Shown here: one piece after another, positions 28,470 to 38,966 of the stretch
How the letters are laid out: every line of letters begins with the position of its first letter
How positions within the stretch are numbered: the stretch's first letter is position 1
Source of the DNA: Rickettsiales bacterium
GTDB taxonomy: Bacteria; Pseudomonadota; Alphaproteobacteria; Rs-D84
Assembly (NCBI GenBank): GCA_031279085.1
Contig: JAITJD010000011.1
Coordinates: forward strand, 1 to 57,914
Direction: 5' to 3'
DNA: 57,914 nt
Position numbers and translations under genes: made by a program
The notes under the pieces: model-generated
What the model saw: only the letters and a program-made list of their open reading frames with translations
What the model was told of the DNA's origin: nothing
Database searches by the model: none

Positions 28470-28784
28470 TTGAAGAACTTTACCAAAACTGTTGAGAATT
28501 TTACCTGCCTGCATTGCGGGGCGAATGTTGTCGGCACAGGATACACAAACCATTGCCCGAAATGCTTGTGGTCGCGTGATGTCGATATAAATCCCGGCGA
28601 CCGCGCCGGCAAGTGCGGCGGAATGATGCGGCCTGTTTCGGCGACATCGGAAAGGGGGCGCATCATAATCACCCACAGATGTGAGAAATGCGGCAAAATC
28701 AAACGCCAGCGCGTCAGCGACGATGATGATCATGATGCGATAATCGCCCTTTCCGCAAATCCTGATTTTATTTTCGGTAAATAA
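28470..28784 (+). CDS. RNHCP-domain zinc-ribbon protein
   Basis: 104 aa with a TTG start. It has 'FTCLHCGANV...GYTNHCPKCLWSRDVDINPGDRAGKCGGMM', the RNHCP domain pattern, and a second CxxC. Confidence 0.75.
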   Translation: MKNFTKTVENFTCLHCGANVVGTGYTNHCPKCLWSRDVDINPGDRAGKCGGMMRPVSATSERGRIIITHRCEKCGKIKRQRVSDDDDHDAIIALSANPDFIFGK

Positions 28785-30353
28785 TCATTTCTTCTTGGCG
28801 GCCGCGATAAAAGCGTTGAACAAAGGGTGGCCGTCGTACGGATTGCTTTGGAATTCGGGGTGAAACTGGCCGGCTATAAAAAAGGGGTGATCTGTCAGCT
28901 CTATGATTTCCGGCAGCTTTCCATCAGGCGACATTCCTGAAACAATCATGCCGTTTTTTTCCAAAATATCGCGGTATCTGATTTGCAGCTCGTACCGGTG
29001 CCGGTGCCGTTCGGAAATCTCTGGCGCGACGTAAATCTTTTCCGCCAAAGTTCCGGTTTTTATAATGCACGGATACGCGCCCAGACGCAATGTTCCGCCC
29101 ATGTCGGCGCGATCATGTCCGGGCATTATGTCTATCAGGGGTTCTTTGCAGCCTTTGTCAAATTCCGTGGAGTCCGCGGCCAGCCCGCACGCATTGCGCG
29201 CAAACTCTATCGCGGCAACCTGCATGCCCAGACAGATTCCAAGATACGGGATTTTGTTTTTCCGCGCATAACCGGCGGCCGTGATTTTGCCATCAACGCC
29301 GCGCGCGCCGAAACCGCCGGGCACCAATATTCCGTCAAAGCCCGACAAATCGGATTCCGATATTTTTTCGGCATCGCATTTTTTGATTTTGACATGGACA
29401 TTATTTTGAATGCCCGCGTGAAACAAAGCCTCGAACAAAGATTTGTAGGCGTCGGGCACATGGAAATATTTGCCGACAACGCCTATTGTGATTTCCGGCA
29501 AAGAATCGGACAAATAGCTTTCTATCCTGTCAAACCGCGACATGTCGCCGGACGATTTTTCCATTCCGAAATGTTCGGCGATTATGCCGAACACATTCTG
29601 TTTCTCATACACATTTGGAATTTTATAGATATTATCAACATCAAGCCCGCTGATAACATTCCGCGCGGGCAAGTTGCAGAACATGCCTATTTTTTTGCGC
29701 TCTTCCTCTTCCAACAGCCTGTGAGCCCGAACTATCAGCATATCCGCCTGGATTCCGTTTTCCAGCAACGCGCGCGCCGACATCTGCGTAGGCTTGGTTT
29801 TTAATTCGCCGCTTTTTTCCAAATACGGCGCCAATGTCAGATGAACGAACATGACATTGCGGCGGCCCATATCGTTTGCGAACTGGCGGATTGATTCCAG
29901 AAATATCTTTCCTTCGATATCGCCGACTGTCCCGCCGATTTCGCATATTACAAAGTCCGCGTCAACAGGCCTGCCTATGTATTCTTTTATCTTGTCGCTG
30001 ATATGCGGAATCATTTGAACGGTGGCGCCGAGATAATCGCCGCGCCGTTCGGCATTCAGCACATCCCAGTAAATGCGGCCGCCCGACACCGAATCATTTC
30101 TGGAAAGCCGCGCGCTAAGGAATCTTTCGTAATATCCCAAATCCAAGTCTGTTTCAAACCCGTCGTTGGTGACATATACCTCGCCATGCTGGAACGGCGA
30201 CATCGTTCCCGGATCCACATTCAGATAAGGATCGAATTTCCGCGCATGCACCGAATATCCGCGGGATTGAAGAAGAGCGCCGATGCCGGCCAACGCAACG
30301 CCTTTACCCAAGCTTGAAACCACGCCCCCAGTTATGAAAATATATTTCGCCAT
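28785..30353 (-). CDS. pyrG: CTP synthase
   Basis: 522 aa with 'KYIFITGGVVSSLGKGV' and the glutaminase 'GICLGMQ' and 'HRHRYE' motifs. Confidence 0.96.
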   Translation of the reverse strand: MAKYIFITGGVVSSLGKGVALAGIGALLQSRGYSVHARKFDPYLNVDPGTMSPFQHGEVYVTNDGFETDLDLGYYERFLSARLSRNDSVSGGRIYWDVLNAERRGDYLGATVQMIPHISDKIKEYIGRPVDADFVICEIGGTVGDIEGKIFLESIRQFANDMGRRNVMFVHLTLAPYLEKSGELKTKPTQMSARALLENGIQADMLIVRAHRLLEEEERKKIGMFCNLPARNVISGLDVDNIYKIPNVYEKQNVFGIIAEHFGMEKSSGDMSRFDRIESYLSDSLPEITIGVVGKYFHVPDAYKSLFEALFHAGIQNNVHVKIKKCDAEKISESDLSGFDGILVPGGFGARGVDGKITAAGYARKNKIPYLGICLGMQVAAIEFARNACGLAADSTEFDKGCKEPLIDIMPGHDRADMGGTLRLGAYPCIIKTGTLAEKIYVAPEISERHRHRYELQIRYRDILEKNGMIVSGMSPDGKLPEIIELTDHPFFIAGQFHPEFQSNPYDGHPLFNAFIAAAKKK

Positions 30354-30405
30354 AAGTCCATGTCCTTATGGACTTTCATCATACAATATTTTAACATTCC
30401 AATCA

Positions 30406-32337
30406 ATGAGAGATTTTCTTGAACAATTGTTTCACAATTCATTTCTATGGTCGCCGTTGGCGATGGCGATCGGGGCCGCTTTATATTTTTCCATGCCGAC
30501 GGAACCGGCGGTGTCGTATCCATGGCTGATTGCTGGATTGGCGGCGGCAATCCTGATATTTAGAAGAACCGACATAATCATCGCATCGGCTTTGCTGTTT
30601 ATTTTCGGATTCGCGTATGCGGCGGGATTCGCAAGGCTGACGGATACTCCGCAGCTATCGCATAATTTGCGAAACATTCAGATCTCCGGAATTGTGCAAG
30701 ATATAGACTACACCGATGGAAAAACGCGAATATTTTTAAAAACATCCGACATCGCGGCGGGTAAAACAGCCGTGGTCAGACTGTCCGCCGCAGAAGACAA
30801 GCCAGTTCCGCGAATAGGCGAAACGATAAAGGCGCGCGTGTTTCTGTTCAGGCCTTCGGGCCCCTTTGCGCCGGAATCTTTTGATTATGCGCGCTGGGCA
30901 TATTTTAACAAGATATCCGCAACGGGATATTTGACCGATTATGAAATTATTTCCGAATCGCGGACATCCGGCATAAACTCTTTGCGGAATTACATGCGCG
31001 GCAAGACAAATTCGTTTTTATCCGACGCTCTGGTTTTGGGCTATAAGAATGCTGTGCCGAAAGACGAAGCAAAAATTTGGACTGCGTCCGGCATAGGGCA
31101 TGTATGGTCAATCAGCGGATTTCACATGACACTGGTGTCGGGCTGGCTGTTTCTGCTGTTTTATACGATTTTCAGATTAATTCCCGCAATCACCCGCCGA
31201 ATCCCGGCAAAGTATCCGGCAATGGCTTGCGCATGGGCGGGCCTGGCTTTTTATCTTTTGATTTCAGGCCTTGATGTCGCGACTATCCGCGCGTTTTTGA
31301 TGACCACATTGATATTCGCCGCATTTATTTTCGGACGGAATGTTTTTTCATTGCGCAATATATGCATTGTTTTCTTCGCTGTTTTTCTGATAAATCCGCA
31401 CTATGTTATGCAGCCGGGATTTCAGCTGTCTTTTTCCGCGATATTCGGTCTGGCTTGGTTTTTCAAAAAGGGCTGGCGCGGGAAAACGACATTTTGGCAG
31501 AAACTGCTGAATATTGCGAAAGCCGCCATAATGACATCGATAATCGCAAGCCTCTTCACGGCGCCTTTTGTCGCGTATCATTTTAATTCTCTGCCGATAT
31601 ATTCGCTGGTCGGGAATTTGGTTCTGCTGCCGGTATTTTCCTTTGCCGTCATGCCGCTGGTAATGCTGGGGACAATAAGCGCGCTGTTCGGCTTTACACT
31701 TCCGCTGGATTGGTCGGCTGATATTTACGAGTTTGCGCTGGCGGTTGCGAATAAAATCGCGGGGCTTCCGTACGCGCAGATACAGCTGCCGGCAATATCG
31801 GGAGGTGCTTTGCTACTGCTTGCGACAGGACTGGCTTGCCTGATGTTCATAGAAAGCCGCCGGCGAATAAATATAATGATGTTTTGCATTTTTACAGCTT
31901 TGGGCATCGCGGCGGTCGCATTTCAGAAAAAGCCTTTATTTTACGCCACATCCGATCACGAGCTGGTCGCGTTCGTCCATGACGGAAAATTAGAATTCAA
32001 TAAAACCAGATCGGCCAATCATTATTTTGCTTTCGATTCCTGGAAGCTGCTGAATTTTGAAAAAATTGAAACCGGAAACAAAAGACGCAAATGCGACGCG
32101 GGACTTTGCATTTACACAACCAAGAACTGGACCGCGGCTTATGTTCAGAAATATGTTCCGCTGTCGAAAAACATCGCAAGTCTTTGCGCTGATTCGAAAA
32201 TAGATTTTATAATTTCTTATTATGAAATCACCGCGCCAAAATGCGATTATAAAATCCTGCGCGGCGGATTCGTGATATATGAATCAGGAAGAATCAAATA
32301 CACTCCGTACAATCGTGGGTGGCATATTCCGCGCTGA
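30406..32337 (+). CDS. comEC: ComEC/Rec2-family competence channel protein (no metallo-beta-lactamase domain)
   Basis: The ORF starts at 30283, where it overlaps pyrG. The ATG at 30406, 'MRDFLEQLF', is more plausible. The protein is multi-TM with 'GIGHVWSISGFHMTLVSG'. The C-terminus lacks an HxHxDH motif. Confidence 0.8.
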   Translation: MRDFLEQLFHNSFLWSPLAMAIGAALYFSMPTEPAVSYPWLIAGLAAAILIFRRTDIIIASALLFIFGFAYAAGFARLTDTPQLSHNLRNIQISGIVQDIDYTDGKTRIFLKTSDIAAGKTAVVRLSAAEDKPVPRIGETIKARVFLFRPSGPFAPESFDYARWAYFNKISATGYLTDYEIISESRTSGINSLRNYMRGKTNSFLSDALVLGYKNAVPKDEAKIWTASGIGHVWSISGFHMTLVSGWLFLLFYTIFRLIPAITRRIPAKYPAMACAWAGLAFYLLISGLDVATIRAFLMTTLIFAAFIFGRNVFSLRNICIVFFAVFLINPHYVMQPGFQLSFSAIFGLAWFFKKGWRGKTTFWQKLLNIAKAAIMTSIIASLFTAPFVAYHFNSLPIYSLVGNLVLLPVFSFAVMPLVMLGTISALFGFTLPLDWSADIYEFALAVANKIAGLPYAQIQLPAISGGALLLLATGLACLMFIESRRRINIMMFCIFTALGIAAVAFQKKPLFYATSDHELVAFVHDGKLEFNKTRSANHYFAFDSWKLLNFEKIETGNKRRKCDAGLCIYTTKNWTAAYVQKYVPLSKNIASLCADSKIDFIISYYEITAPKCDYKILRGGFVIYESGRIKYTPYNRGWHIPR

Positions 32338-33118
32338 TGAAATACAGGCCGGCCGCAGGCGCGGTCGGGCCGGCCGCGGCGCGGCTTTGGGCGGCAAATA
32401 TCCGGTCTATATCAAACGGCTTGCCCAATCCGATTTCAACAATGGTTCCTACCATATTGCGCACCTGGTGATGCAGGAAAGAACGCGCCGAAAAATCGAT
32501 TGCGATAAGGCGGGAGGTTTGAAGTTTGAGGTTCGTACTTTCCACTTCAACTTTATCCAATGTCTTGACCGGCGATTTCGCCTGGCATTCTGACGCGCGA
32601 AAGCTGGTGAAATCATGATTGCCGACCAGACGGGCGGCCGCAGCGCGCATTTTTTCAATATCCAATTCGCGCGGAATCCACCACACTTTGCCCCTGTACA
32701 ATACGGCCGGCGCGCCGCGATTCAGAATTATGTATCTGTAATTGCGCCGAATGCATGAAAAACGCGCATGAAAATCATCGGAAACTTCTTCGCAATCCAG
32801 CACCGCGACAGGCGCATTTTCCTGCTGCAAATAAAAGTTTATCGCGCGCATGACGGTTTGGCAAGAGGGCGCAGGCGGGTTATCAGTTATAAGTTTCCGC
32901 GCTTTGCGCCCGTCGGGCCCTATATCAAAGTGAGCGACCATTCCCAGCGCGTGAACGCCCGCATCGGTGCGGCCGGCCGCAACTATATCCGCATGCTGGC
33001 CGCTGAATTTAAATATCGCATCTTTCAGCAATGACTGCACGGAATCGCCTTGGATATTATCCTGCCAGCCAATCAAATTCGTCCCGTCGTATTCAAGAGT
33101 CAATTTATACCGCGACAT
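32294..33118 (-). CDS. truA: tRNA pseudouridine(38-40) synthase
   Basis: 274 aa with 'YKLTLEYDGTNLIGWQ' and the catalytic 'AAGRTDAGVHA'. Confidence 0.94.
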   Translation of the reverse strand: MSRYKLTLEYDGTNLIGWQDNIQGDSVQSLLKDAIFKFSGQHADIVAAGRTDAGVHALGMVAHFDIGPDGRKARKLITDNPPAPSCQTVMRAINFYLQQENAPVAVLDCEEVSDDFHARFSCIRRNYRYIILNRGAPAVLYRGKVWWIPRELDIEKMRAAAARLVGNHDFTSFRASECQAKSPVKTLDKVEVESTNLKLQTSRLIAIDFSARSFLHHQVRNMVGTIVEIGLGKPFDIDRIFAAQSRAAAGPTAPAAGLYFISAEYATHDCTECI

Positions 33119-33920
33119 TGTGAAAACCGACCGCCTTTATCCATTGATGCCCGTTTATAAAATCACGCCAAGCCATCGGCTTTTTGCCGGCCGGCTGCAC
33201 GCGGATGATTTCCAGCGCTCCGTCATCGCGCATTTTTGTTTCCAATATTTTTACATCGATTCCGCCGATTTCAGTCCGCCCCCCTATGCCGCGCACTTGG
33301 TTATGTATTTCGCGCGGGCTCTTGTTCCAGTCTATTATCATATCCGCAGAAGTGAATTTTTTAGAAAATGTGGGCCGACCGACCTGCGGGCTTGGCGGAA
33401 ACATCGCCGGATTTTTCAAATACTCGCTCAACATATCCGCGGCGATTTTTGAAACTTTGACTTCCAATTCGGCATTTGTTTCATTTTCGCCGATTTTTAT
33501 TTTTCGCGTCATGCAGATGTCGCCCGCGTCCAGTTCTGGCGTCATCTTTACCAGGCAGACGCCCGTTTCCGAATCGCCGTTCACTATCGCGGACAGCATC
33601 GGAGACGGCCCGCGGTATTCGGGCAGCAGGCTGGGGTGAATATTCAGGCACGGCGCGGAATCCAAAACATTGCCGCGCAATATCACGCCATAAGAAGCCA
33701 CAATCACATAATCGGGCTTGTGATTGTATTCGCTTATGTTTGTAAAAACGGGAATGCCGCGATTTTCGGCCCAGATGTGCGCCGGCGATTTTCGCGGCGC
33801 CATCTTTCGCCCGGCCGGCTTCGGAGCGCGGGTAAAGACGGCGACAACATTATGTTCGCCCGCAATTCTGTCAAAAACCGGAACCACCCAGCCGCTGGTT
33901 CCCATCAGAACCAGATTCAT
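33105..33920 (-). CDS. fmt: Methionyl-tRNA formyltransferase (short form)
   Basis: 271 aa with 'NIHPSLLPEYRGPSP'. It is coupled to def by a 4-nt overlap. Confidence 0.9.
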   Translation of the reverse strand: MNLVLMGTSGWVVPVFDRIAGEHNVVAVFTRAPKPAGRKMAPRKSPAHIWAENRGIPVFTNISEYNHKPDYVIVASYGVILRGNVLDSAPCLNIHPSLLPEYRGPSPMLSAIVNGDSETGVCLVKMTPELDAGDICMTRKIKIGENETNAELEVKVSKIAADMLSEYLKNPAMFPPSPQVGRPTFSKKFTSADMIIDWNKSPREIHNQVRGIGGRTEIGGIDVKILETKMRDDGALEIIRVQPAGKKPMAWRDFINGHQWIKAVGFHNVAV

Positions 33921-34423
33921 TTGCGCTTCCTTACTTTTCTCATCAGCATTTCGCGGCGCAGCGGCGACAAGTAGTCTATAAACAATATGCCGTCCAAATG
34001 ATCTATTTCATGCTGGACAATGCGCGCCGCCAAGCCGGACATTTTTGCGCGGTTTTCGCGGCCGGAATCGTCCGCCCATTCGACTTCGACCGTTTCTGGC
34101 CGGCTGACATTGGCATAGACCGGCATGTTGTCGGAATCGACAACCGACAGGCATCCCTCTTCCATGACGCATGTTTTTTCGCCGCGCGACATTATGCGCG
34201 GATTTATCATTTTGAATATTTCCTTTGTGTCGGGATTCATCATAACCAGGAATCTTTGCAAAATTCCGACCTGGGGCGCGGCCAGACCAACCCCGTTTTG
34301 ATTATTCATGATTTCAACCATTTTATCCAAAATATTTTGGATTTCAGATGTAATCTCCGACACCTGCGCGCATTTCTCGCGCAGTATCAAATCGCCGCAA
34401 AGTTTTATTTGTAATTCGCTCAT
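33917..34423 (-). CDS. def: Peptide deformylase
   Basis: 168 aa with 'GVGLAAPQVG', 'EEGCLSV' and 'QHEIDHLDG'. Confidence 0.96.
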   Translation of the reverse strand: MSELQIKLCGDLILREKCAQVSEITSEIQNILDKMVEIMNNQNGVGLAAPQVGILQRFLVMMNPDTKEIFKMINPRIMSRGEKTCVMEEGCLSVVDSDNMPVYANVSRPETVEVEWADDSGRENRAKMSGLAARIVQHEIDHLDGILFIDYLSPLRREMLMRKVRKRK

Positions 34424-34455
34424 ATCGGTCTATAATCTTAGCAAAGGAATTCAAA

Positions 34456-35346
34456 ATGACAAGTTTTTTAGCAATTGCATTGATATCGGTCTTAATTATT
34501 ATGGTCGGCGCGCTTTTAATGCGCAAACCGGTCGCGCCGGATTTGTCCGGACTGCGCGAAGATAACGCGCGCCTGCGCGAGCGATTGGCCGAGCGGCTGG
34601 GAGTACTGGCGCAAAACGCGGCCGAATTGAAAAACATCAGCGGCGATATTTCCAATTTCAAAAATGTGCTTATGGGAAACAAGCAGGCGCGCGGCAGCTT
34701 TGGCGAACGCCAGCTGGAAGACCTGGTCGCCGACATAATGCCCCCAGAGACTTACGAATTTCAAAACGTTTTGGAAAACGGGGTTCGACCGGATTGCATT
34801 ATAAAGCTGCCCTATCCCCCCGGCGACATGATAATAGACAGTAAATTTCCGCTGGAAAGCTATGCCAGAATGGACGCCGATCCGACGGCCAAGAAACAAT
34901 TTGAGCTGGATGTCAGAAAACATGTCGACGCGATTGCCGAAAAGTATATAATCCCGGGCAAAACGGCCGAAGCCGCGATGATGTTCATCGCGTCCGAATC
35001 AATTTTCGAAACATTGCACCGCGAATTCCCCGCAACGATAGATTACGCCGCGCGAAGAAAAGTGTTCATCGTGTCGCCGGCCACACTGTGGGCGACACTG
35101 AACACTATCCGCGCCGTGTTAAGCGACATAAAAATCAAGCGCGTCGCCGCGCAGATAAAAAAGGAGCTTGACTTGCTGCTATCGGATTTGACACGGCTGG
35201 CCGACCGCGCCGCAAAAGTGGAAAATCATTTCAAAATGACCGAAACCGATTTGGAAGAATTGAAGACTTCCATCAGAAAAATAAGCCCGCGCGCGGAAAA
35301 ACTTCGGGATTTGGAGTTCGGAGAAGACGGCGAAGCCTCAAAATAA
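34456..35346 (+). CDS. rmuC: DNA recombination protein RmuC (short)
   Basis: 296 aa with an N-terminal TM helix, a coiled coil, and the nuclease-like core 'RPDCIIKLPYPPGDMIIDSKFPLESY'. Confidence 0.85.
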   Translation: MTSFLAIALISVLIIMVGALLMRKPVAPDLSGLREDNARLRERLAERLGVLAQNAAELKNISGDISNFKNVLMGNKQARGSFGERQLEDLVADIMPPETYEFQNVLENGVRPDCIIKLPYPPGDMIIDSKFPLESYARMDADPTAKKQFELDVRKHVDAIAEKYIIPGKTAEAAMMFIASESIFETLHREFPATIDYAARRKVFIVSPATLWATLNTIRAVLSDIKIKRVAAQIKKELDLLLSDLTRLADRAAKVENHFKMTETDLEELKTSIRKISPRAEKLRDLEFGEDGEASK

Positions 35347-35347
35347 T

Positions 35348-35944
35348 TTATCTAATCCCGCCCGTTTTCGGATTTATCCATATCTGTTCTTTGGCAAGAC
35401 TCATAATCGGCAGGTCGGATTTGCTGTCTGAATAAGCCCTGGCCAGATTCGGAAGAATTTTGTTTTTCTTCGCCCATTCGTCCATGCCTACGACCTTGTT
35501 TGCGCCCCAGCAGAAAAATTCATATTCCCAAGGGCGCAGCGGATTCATCTTTGAGCATATAACCGCGTCAAACTTTATGTCTTTGACCAATTCCGGAATC
35601 AAATAATCGGGCCCTGCCGATATTAAAAGAACCTTGCGCCCTTTTTTTCTTTCTGCCGCCACTTGCTCCTTCGACCACCCGAATCGTTCTAGTTTGTGCT
35701 GTTTTATAAAACCTGGCGCGAATTTTTCAACCATTTCAGCGGTCAGGAATCCGCGCATTTTCTGACGCCACCAAACCCCGCGCCGATTAAGCATCTTCGC
35801 GACCAAGGCAACGCCGATCAACGGCAGAAAAAGCCACGGGCGGGCCGAATGCGCAAAGCAGTATTTGCCAAACATCATATTCGCGTCCTTGGCGGACAAA
35901 GTCCCGTCAAAATCAAACACAACCACATCAAATTTGCTTAACAT
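35348..35944 (-). CDS. HAD-IB family hydrolase
   Basis: 198 aa with 'VVFDFDGTL' motif I and 'YSDSKSDLP' motif IV-like. Its start overlaps the stop of the RND pump gene by 17 nt. Confidence 0.7.
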   Translation of the reverse strand: MLSKFDVVVFDFDGTLSAKDANMMFGKYCFAHSARPWLFLPLIGVALVAKMLNRRGVWWRQKMRGFLTAEMVEKFAPGFIKQHKLERFGWSKEQVAAERKKGRKVLLISAGPDYLIPELVKDIKFDAVICSKMNPLRPWEYEFFCWGANKVVGMDEWAKKNKILPNLARAYSDSKSDLPIMSLAKEQIWINPKTGGIR

Positions 35945-38900
35945 TTTTTTCCTTTCGCGTTCCTTTTATAGCAGAACGTATCCGCTCCATCAATGTAAAT
36001 ATAGCCGGCGTCAGCAGGAATGTCAAAACCAGGCTGGCCAGCATTCCGCCGACCATGACTGCGGCCATCGATGACTTCATTCCGTCCTGGCTCCATAGCT
36101 GCGGCATCATGCCGGCGATTATCGCAATGGATGTCATCATTATCATTGACTTTTTATCAATAAATTCCGCCCACAGCGCCGATGACGAATCTTCGCCTTT
36201 TGATATTCTGGCCACGGCGGGCTCTAAAATCAATATGTTATTGTTGACCACCAGTCCGACCAGCATGACGAATGCCAGCATCGCCGCGACATTCACGGAC
36301 GCGCCGACCAAAAACAGCATCGCGAACACGCCGATGAAACTGGTTATTATTGATGTCGCGATTGTAAGCGGATGCGTCAATGAATTCAATATCGCGGCCA
36401 GCAGCATGAATGTCAGAATCGTAGCCAGCAGGAATGCGGCGGATATTTCCCCCGTCGTTTCGGATTGGATTTCGGACATTCCGCCGAAATTCGCGCCATA
36501 TCCGGACTCCCAATTAATCGCCGCCAGTTTTTCCTCTATTTTCTGCTGAACGGGGCCTATGGTGGATTTTCCTATGGCGATGTTTATCTCAGTTATCCTG
36601 TGCTTGTCCAGCCTGCGGATATCCGGCGTAGCGCGGACATTCGCAACGGCGCCCAGCTCTGACATTGAAACCAGCCCTTTTTGAGAATTAAGGTATATGT
36701 TTTCAAAAATATCATGATTTTTAAACGGGCGCGCGAATTCCAAAATAATCGGATACTCCTTGCCGTTTTCTTTGTATTTGTATGAATCATTGCCGAACAA
36801 AGCCGTGCGAAGCGTCAAGCCGGCGTAAGAATTTTTCACGCCCCAAAAATTCATTTTTTCCTGGTCTGGAATGAATTTCATCTCATATCCGGGCTCTTGC
36901 TGCGCCAGAACAGCGCTTTGCACTTCGGGTATTTCGTTGACAAGCCGCACGATTTGCCTTGCATACATATTGCGCTTGTCATCGTCCATTCCGCTGACAT
37001 TCAGCACAATATCGGCGCTGATTGCGGCGCCGGAAGAGTTTTCTCCGACATGCATCTGAATTTCCGCATCGGGAATCTCAGACAAGCGCGGCAATATTTT
37101 CTGCGCCAGCATTTTATCCGACAGCTTGCGTTCCGATTCATCGACCAATTCCAATTTTATAAATATGTTTTGCAGTCCGCGCTCGCCTATTTTTACAGAA
37201 ATTGTTTTGATTTCCGGAAATTCGCGCAGCTTGTCTTCCGCCTGCCGCGCGATGGATTCGGATTTTTTGTAAGTGCTGCCCATCGGCGCGCGGATTGAGA
37301 TTGAAATCTCGTTGGTATAAGTGCTGGGCGCGAATTCATTCCCTACGAAATTCAGCAGCAGCGCAGAAACAAACATCGCCGCCACAGCCATGCCGACAAC
37401 ACGCCATGGATGCCTGCATTGATAGTCGAACCATTTGCGAAAACGCGGCATGGATTCTTTTTTCTGCGGCGCGGGACTTTTTTTCTTTTTCGAAAGGCGC
37501 AGAAACCGGCCTATCATCATGGGCGTGAGAGTAAACGAAAACAGCAATGACAGCAATGTCACATAAACGACCGTCATTCCGAACTGCATCATGAACTGTC
37601 CCGCGATTCCGCCCATAAAAGCCAGCGGCAGAAATACGACCACATTCGTGCCGACGCCCGCAAGAATCGGAATCACGACTTTTTTGGTGCCGTCTATCGC
37701 GGCCTGCGGCGGTTCTTTGCCCGCGGCCATTTCTTGCAGCGCCGCCTCTATCAATATTATAGCGTTCGACACCAAAGTGCCAAGAGCCGACGAATAAGCC
37801 AGCAAAGTCATCATGTTGATAGTAAATCCGCTTTTTTCCATAAAGAAAAAGCCGGCGATTAAAGACGACGGAATCACCACGGCGGCGATAATGGTGGAGT
37901 GCCAATTTCCGGTAAATGCCAAAAGAACCAGAATCGTAAAGATAATTCCCAGAACAATGCCCCGAATAGTGCTTTGCGTTTCAGCCGAAACCGATATCGA
38001 CGAGTCCGAAATAATCTTCATGCTGGCGCCGGGGAAACGAGATTCAAGGTCTTTTTGAAAATCCGGCATATTTTTGCGCAGGGCATCGGATATTCTTATG
38101 CTGTTTCCATCAGAGGCTTTTACAACAGACGCGATGACGACATCTTTGGAATCATACCTTGCGCCGGTTTCCGCGTCGCGGGACGAATCAAGAACATCGG
38201 CTATTTCATGAAGCGCAAAGTTTCTGCCCTCGCCCGTCACTATGCGCAGGTTTTTAATATCATCGATGGATTGAAATTCGCCGATAAAACGCACATTTGA
38301 CGAATCTGTGCCGGCTTCGATTTTCCCGCCCGGCACATTCAGATTCTTGGCGCCTAGTCCGGATACTATGTCCATTACGGCGACGCCGTTGGCAGCCATT
38401 AATTCAGGATTCATAAAAATTCGAACCGCGCGCGATTCCCCGCCGAACGCCGACACATTCGCAATGCCGGGCAATGCGGTTATCCTGTTGGACAGAATAT
38501 CCTTTACATATTCTTCCAAATCGCGGGGATCGGCGCCTTGCAGAACAATATCGACCACGGACTGCTGCAAGGGATTCAGCTTTTCAACAACGGGCTGTTT
38601 CAAATCATCTGGAAATTCAGATGAAATCGCGTCCAACTTGGCTTTGATTTCCGACGCCTTGTCATTAACGTTCACGCCCAAATTAAATTCGGCCATCACC
38701 AAGCCCGCATTTTCAAATGCCTGCGAATTGATTTTCTTTAATCCCGCGATTTCCGATATGCTGTCTTCGGCCTTTTTTATGACCTGTGTTTCGATTTCCG
38801 CCGGCGACGCGCCAGGATAAGCAAAAGTCGCGGTAACCATTGGAAAATCCATGGACGGCGTGCGCTCTACATTCATTTTCGGAAAAGACACCATGCCCAA

Positions 38901-38963
38901 AACCACCCAGAATAATACGAACATCAATGTGGTTATCGGCCTGCGTACAAAAAAGCTCAACAT
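35928..38963 (-). CDS. RND-family efflux transporter (AcrB/HAE1-like)
   Basis: 1011 aa with the N-terminus 'FFVRRPITTLMFVLFWVVLGMVSFPKMNVERTPSMDFP', 12 TM helices and two large periplasmic loops. Confidence 0.92.
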   Translation of the reverse strand: MLSFFVRRPITTLMFVLFWVVLGMVSFPKMNVERTPSMDFPMVTATFAYPGASPAEIETQVIKKAEDSISEIAGLKKINSQAFENAGLVMAEFNLGVNVNDKASEIKAKLDAISSEFPDDLKQPVVEKLNPLQQSVVDIVLQGADPRDLEEYVKDILSNRITALPGIANVSAFGGESRAVRIFMNPELMAANGVAVMDIVSGLGAKNLNVPGGKIEAGTDSSNVRFIGEFQSIDDIKNLRIVTGEGRNFALHEIADVLDSSRDAETGARYDSKDVVIASVVKASDGNSIRISDALRKNMPDFQKDLESRFPGASMKIISDSSISVSAETQSTIRGIVLGIIFTILVLLAFTGNWHSTIIAAVVIPSSLIAGFFFMEKSGFTINMMTLLAYSSALGTLVSNAIILIEAALQEMAAGKEPPQAAIDGTKKVVIPILAGVGTNVVVFLPLAFMGGIAGQFMMQFGMTVVYVTLLSLLFSFTLTPMMIGRFLRLSKKKKSPAPQKKESMPRFRKWFDYQCRHPWRVVGMAVAAMFVSALLLNFVGNEFAPSTYTNEISISIRAPMGSTYKKSESIARQAEDKLREFPEIKTISVKIGERGLQNIFIKLELVDESERKLSDKMLAQKILPRLSEIPDAEIQMHVGENSSGAAISADIVLNVSGMDDDKRNMYARQIVRLVNEIPEVQSAVLAQQEPGYEMKFIPDQEKMNFWGVKNSYAGLTLRTALFGNDSYKYKENGKEYPIILEFARPFKNHDIFENIYLNSQKGLVSMSELGAVANVRATPDIRRLDKHRITEINIAIGKSTIGPVQQKIEEKLAAINWESGYGANFGGMSEIQSETTGEISAAFLLATILTFMLLAAILNSLTHPLTIATSIITSFIGVFAMLFLVGASVNVAAMLAFVMLVGLVVNNNILILEPAVARISKGEDSSSALWAEFIDKKSMIMMTSIAIIAGMMPQLWSQDGMKSSMAAVMVGGMLASLVLTFLLTPAIFTLMERIRSAIKGTRKEKNVKQI

Positions 38964-38966
38964 TTT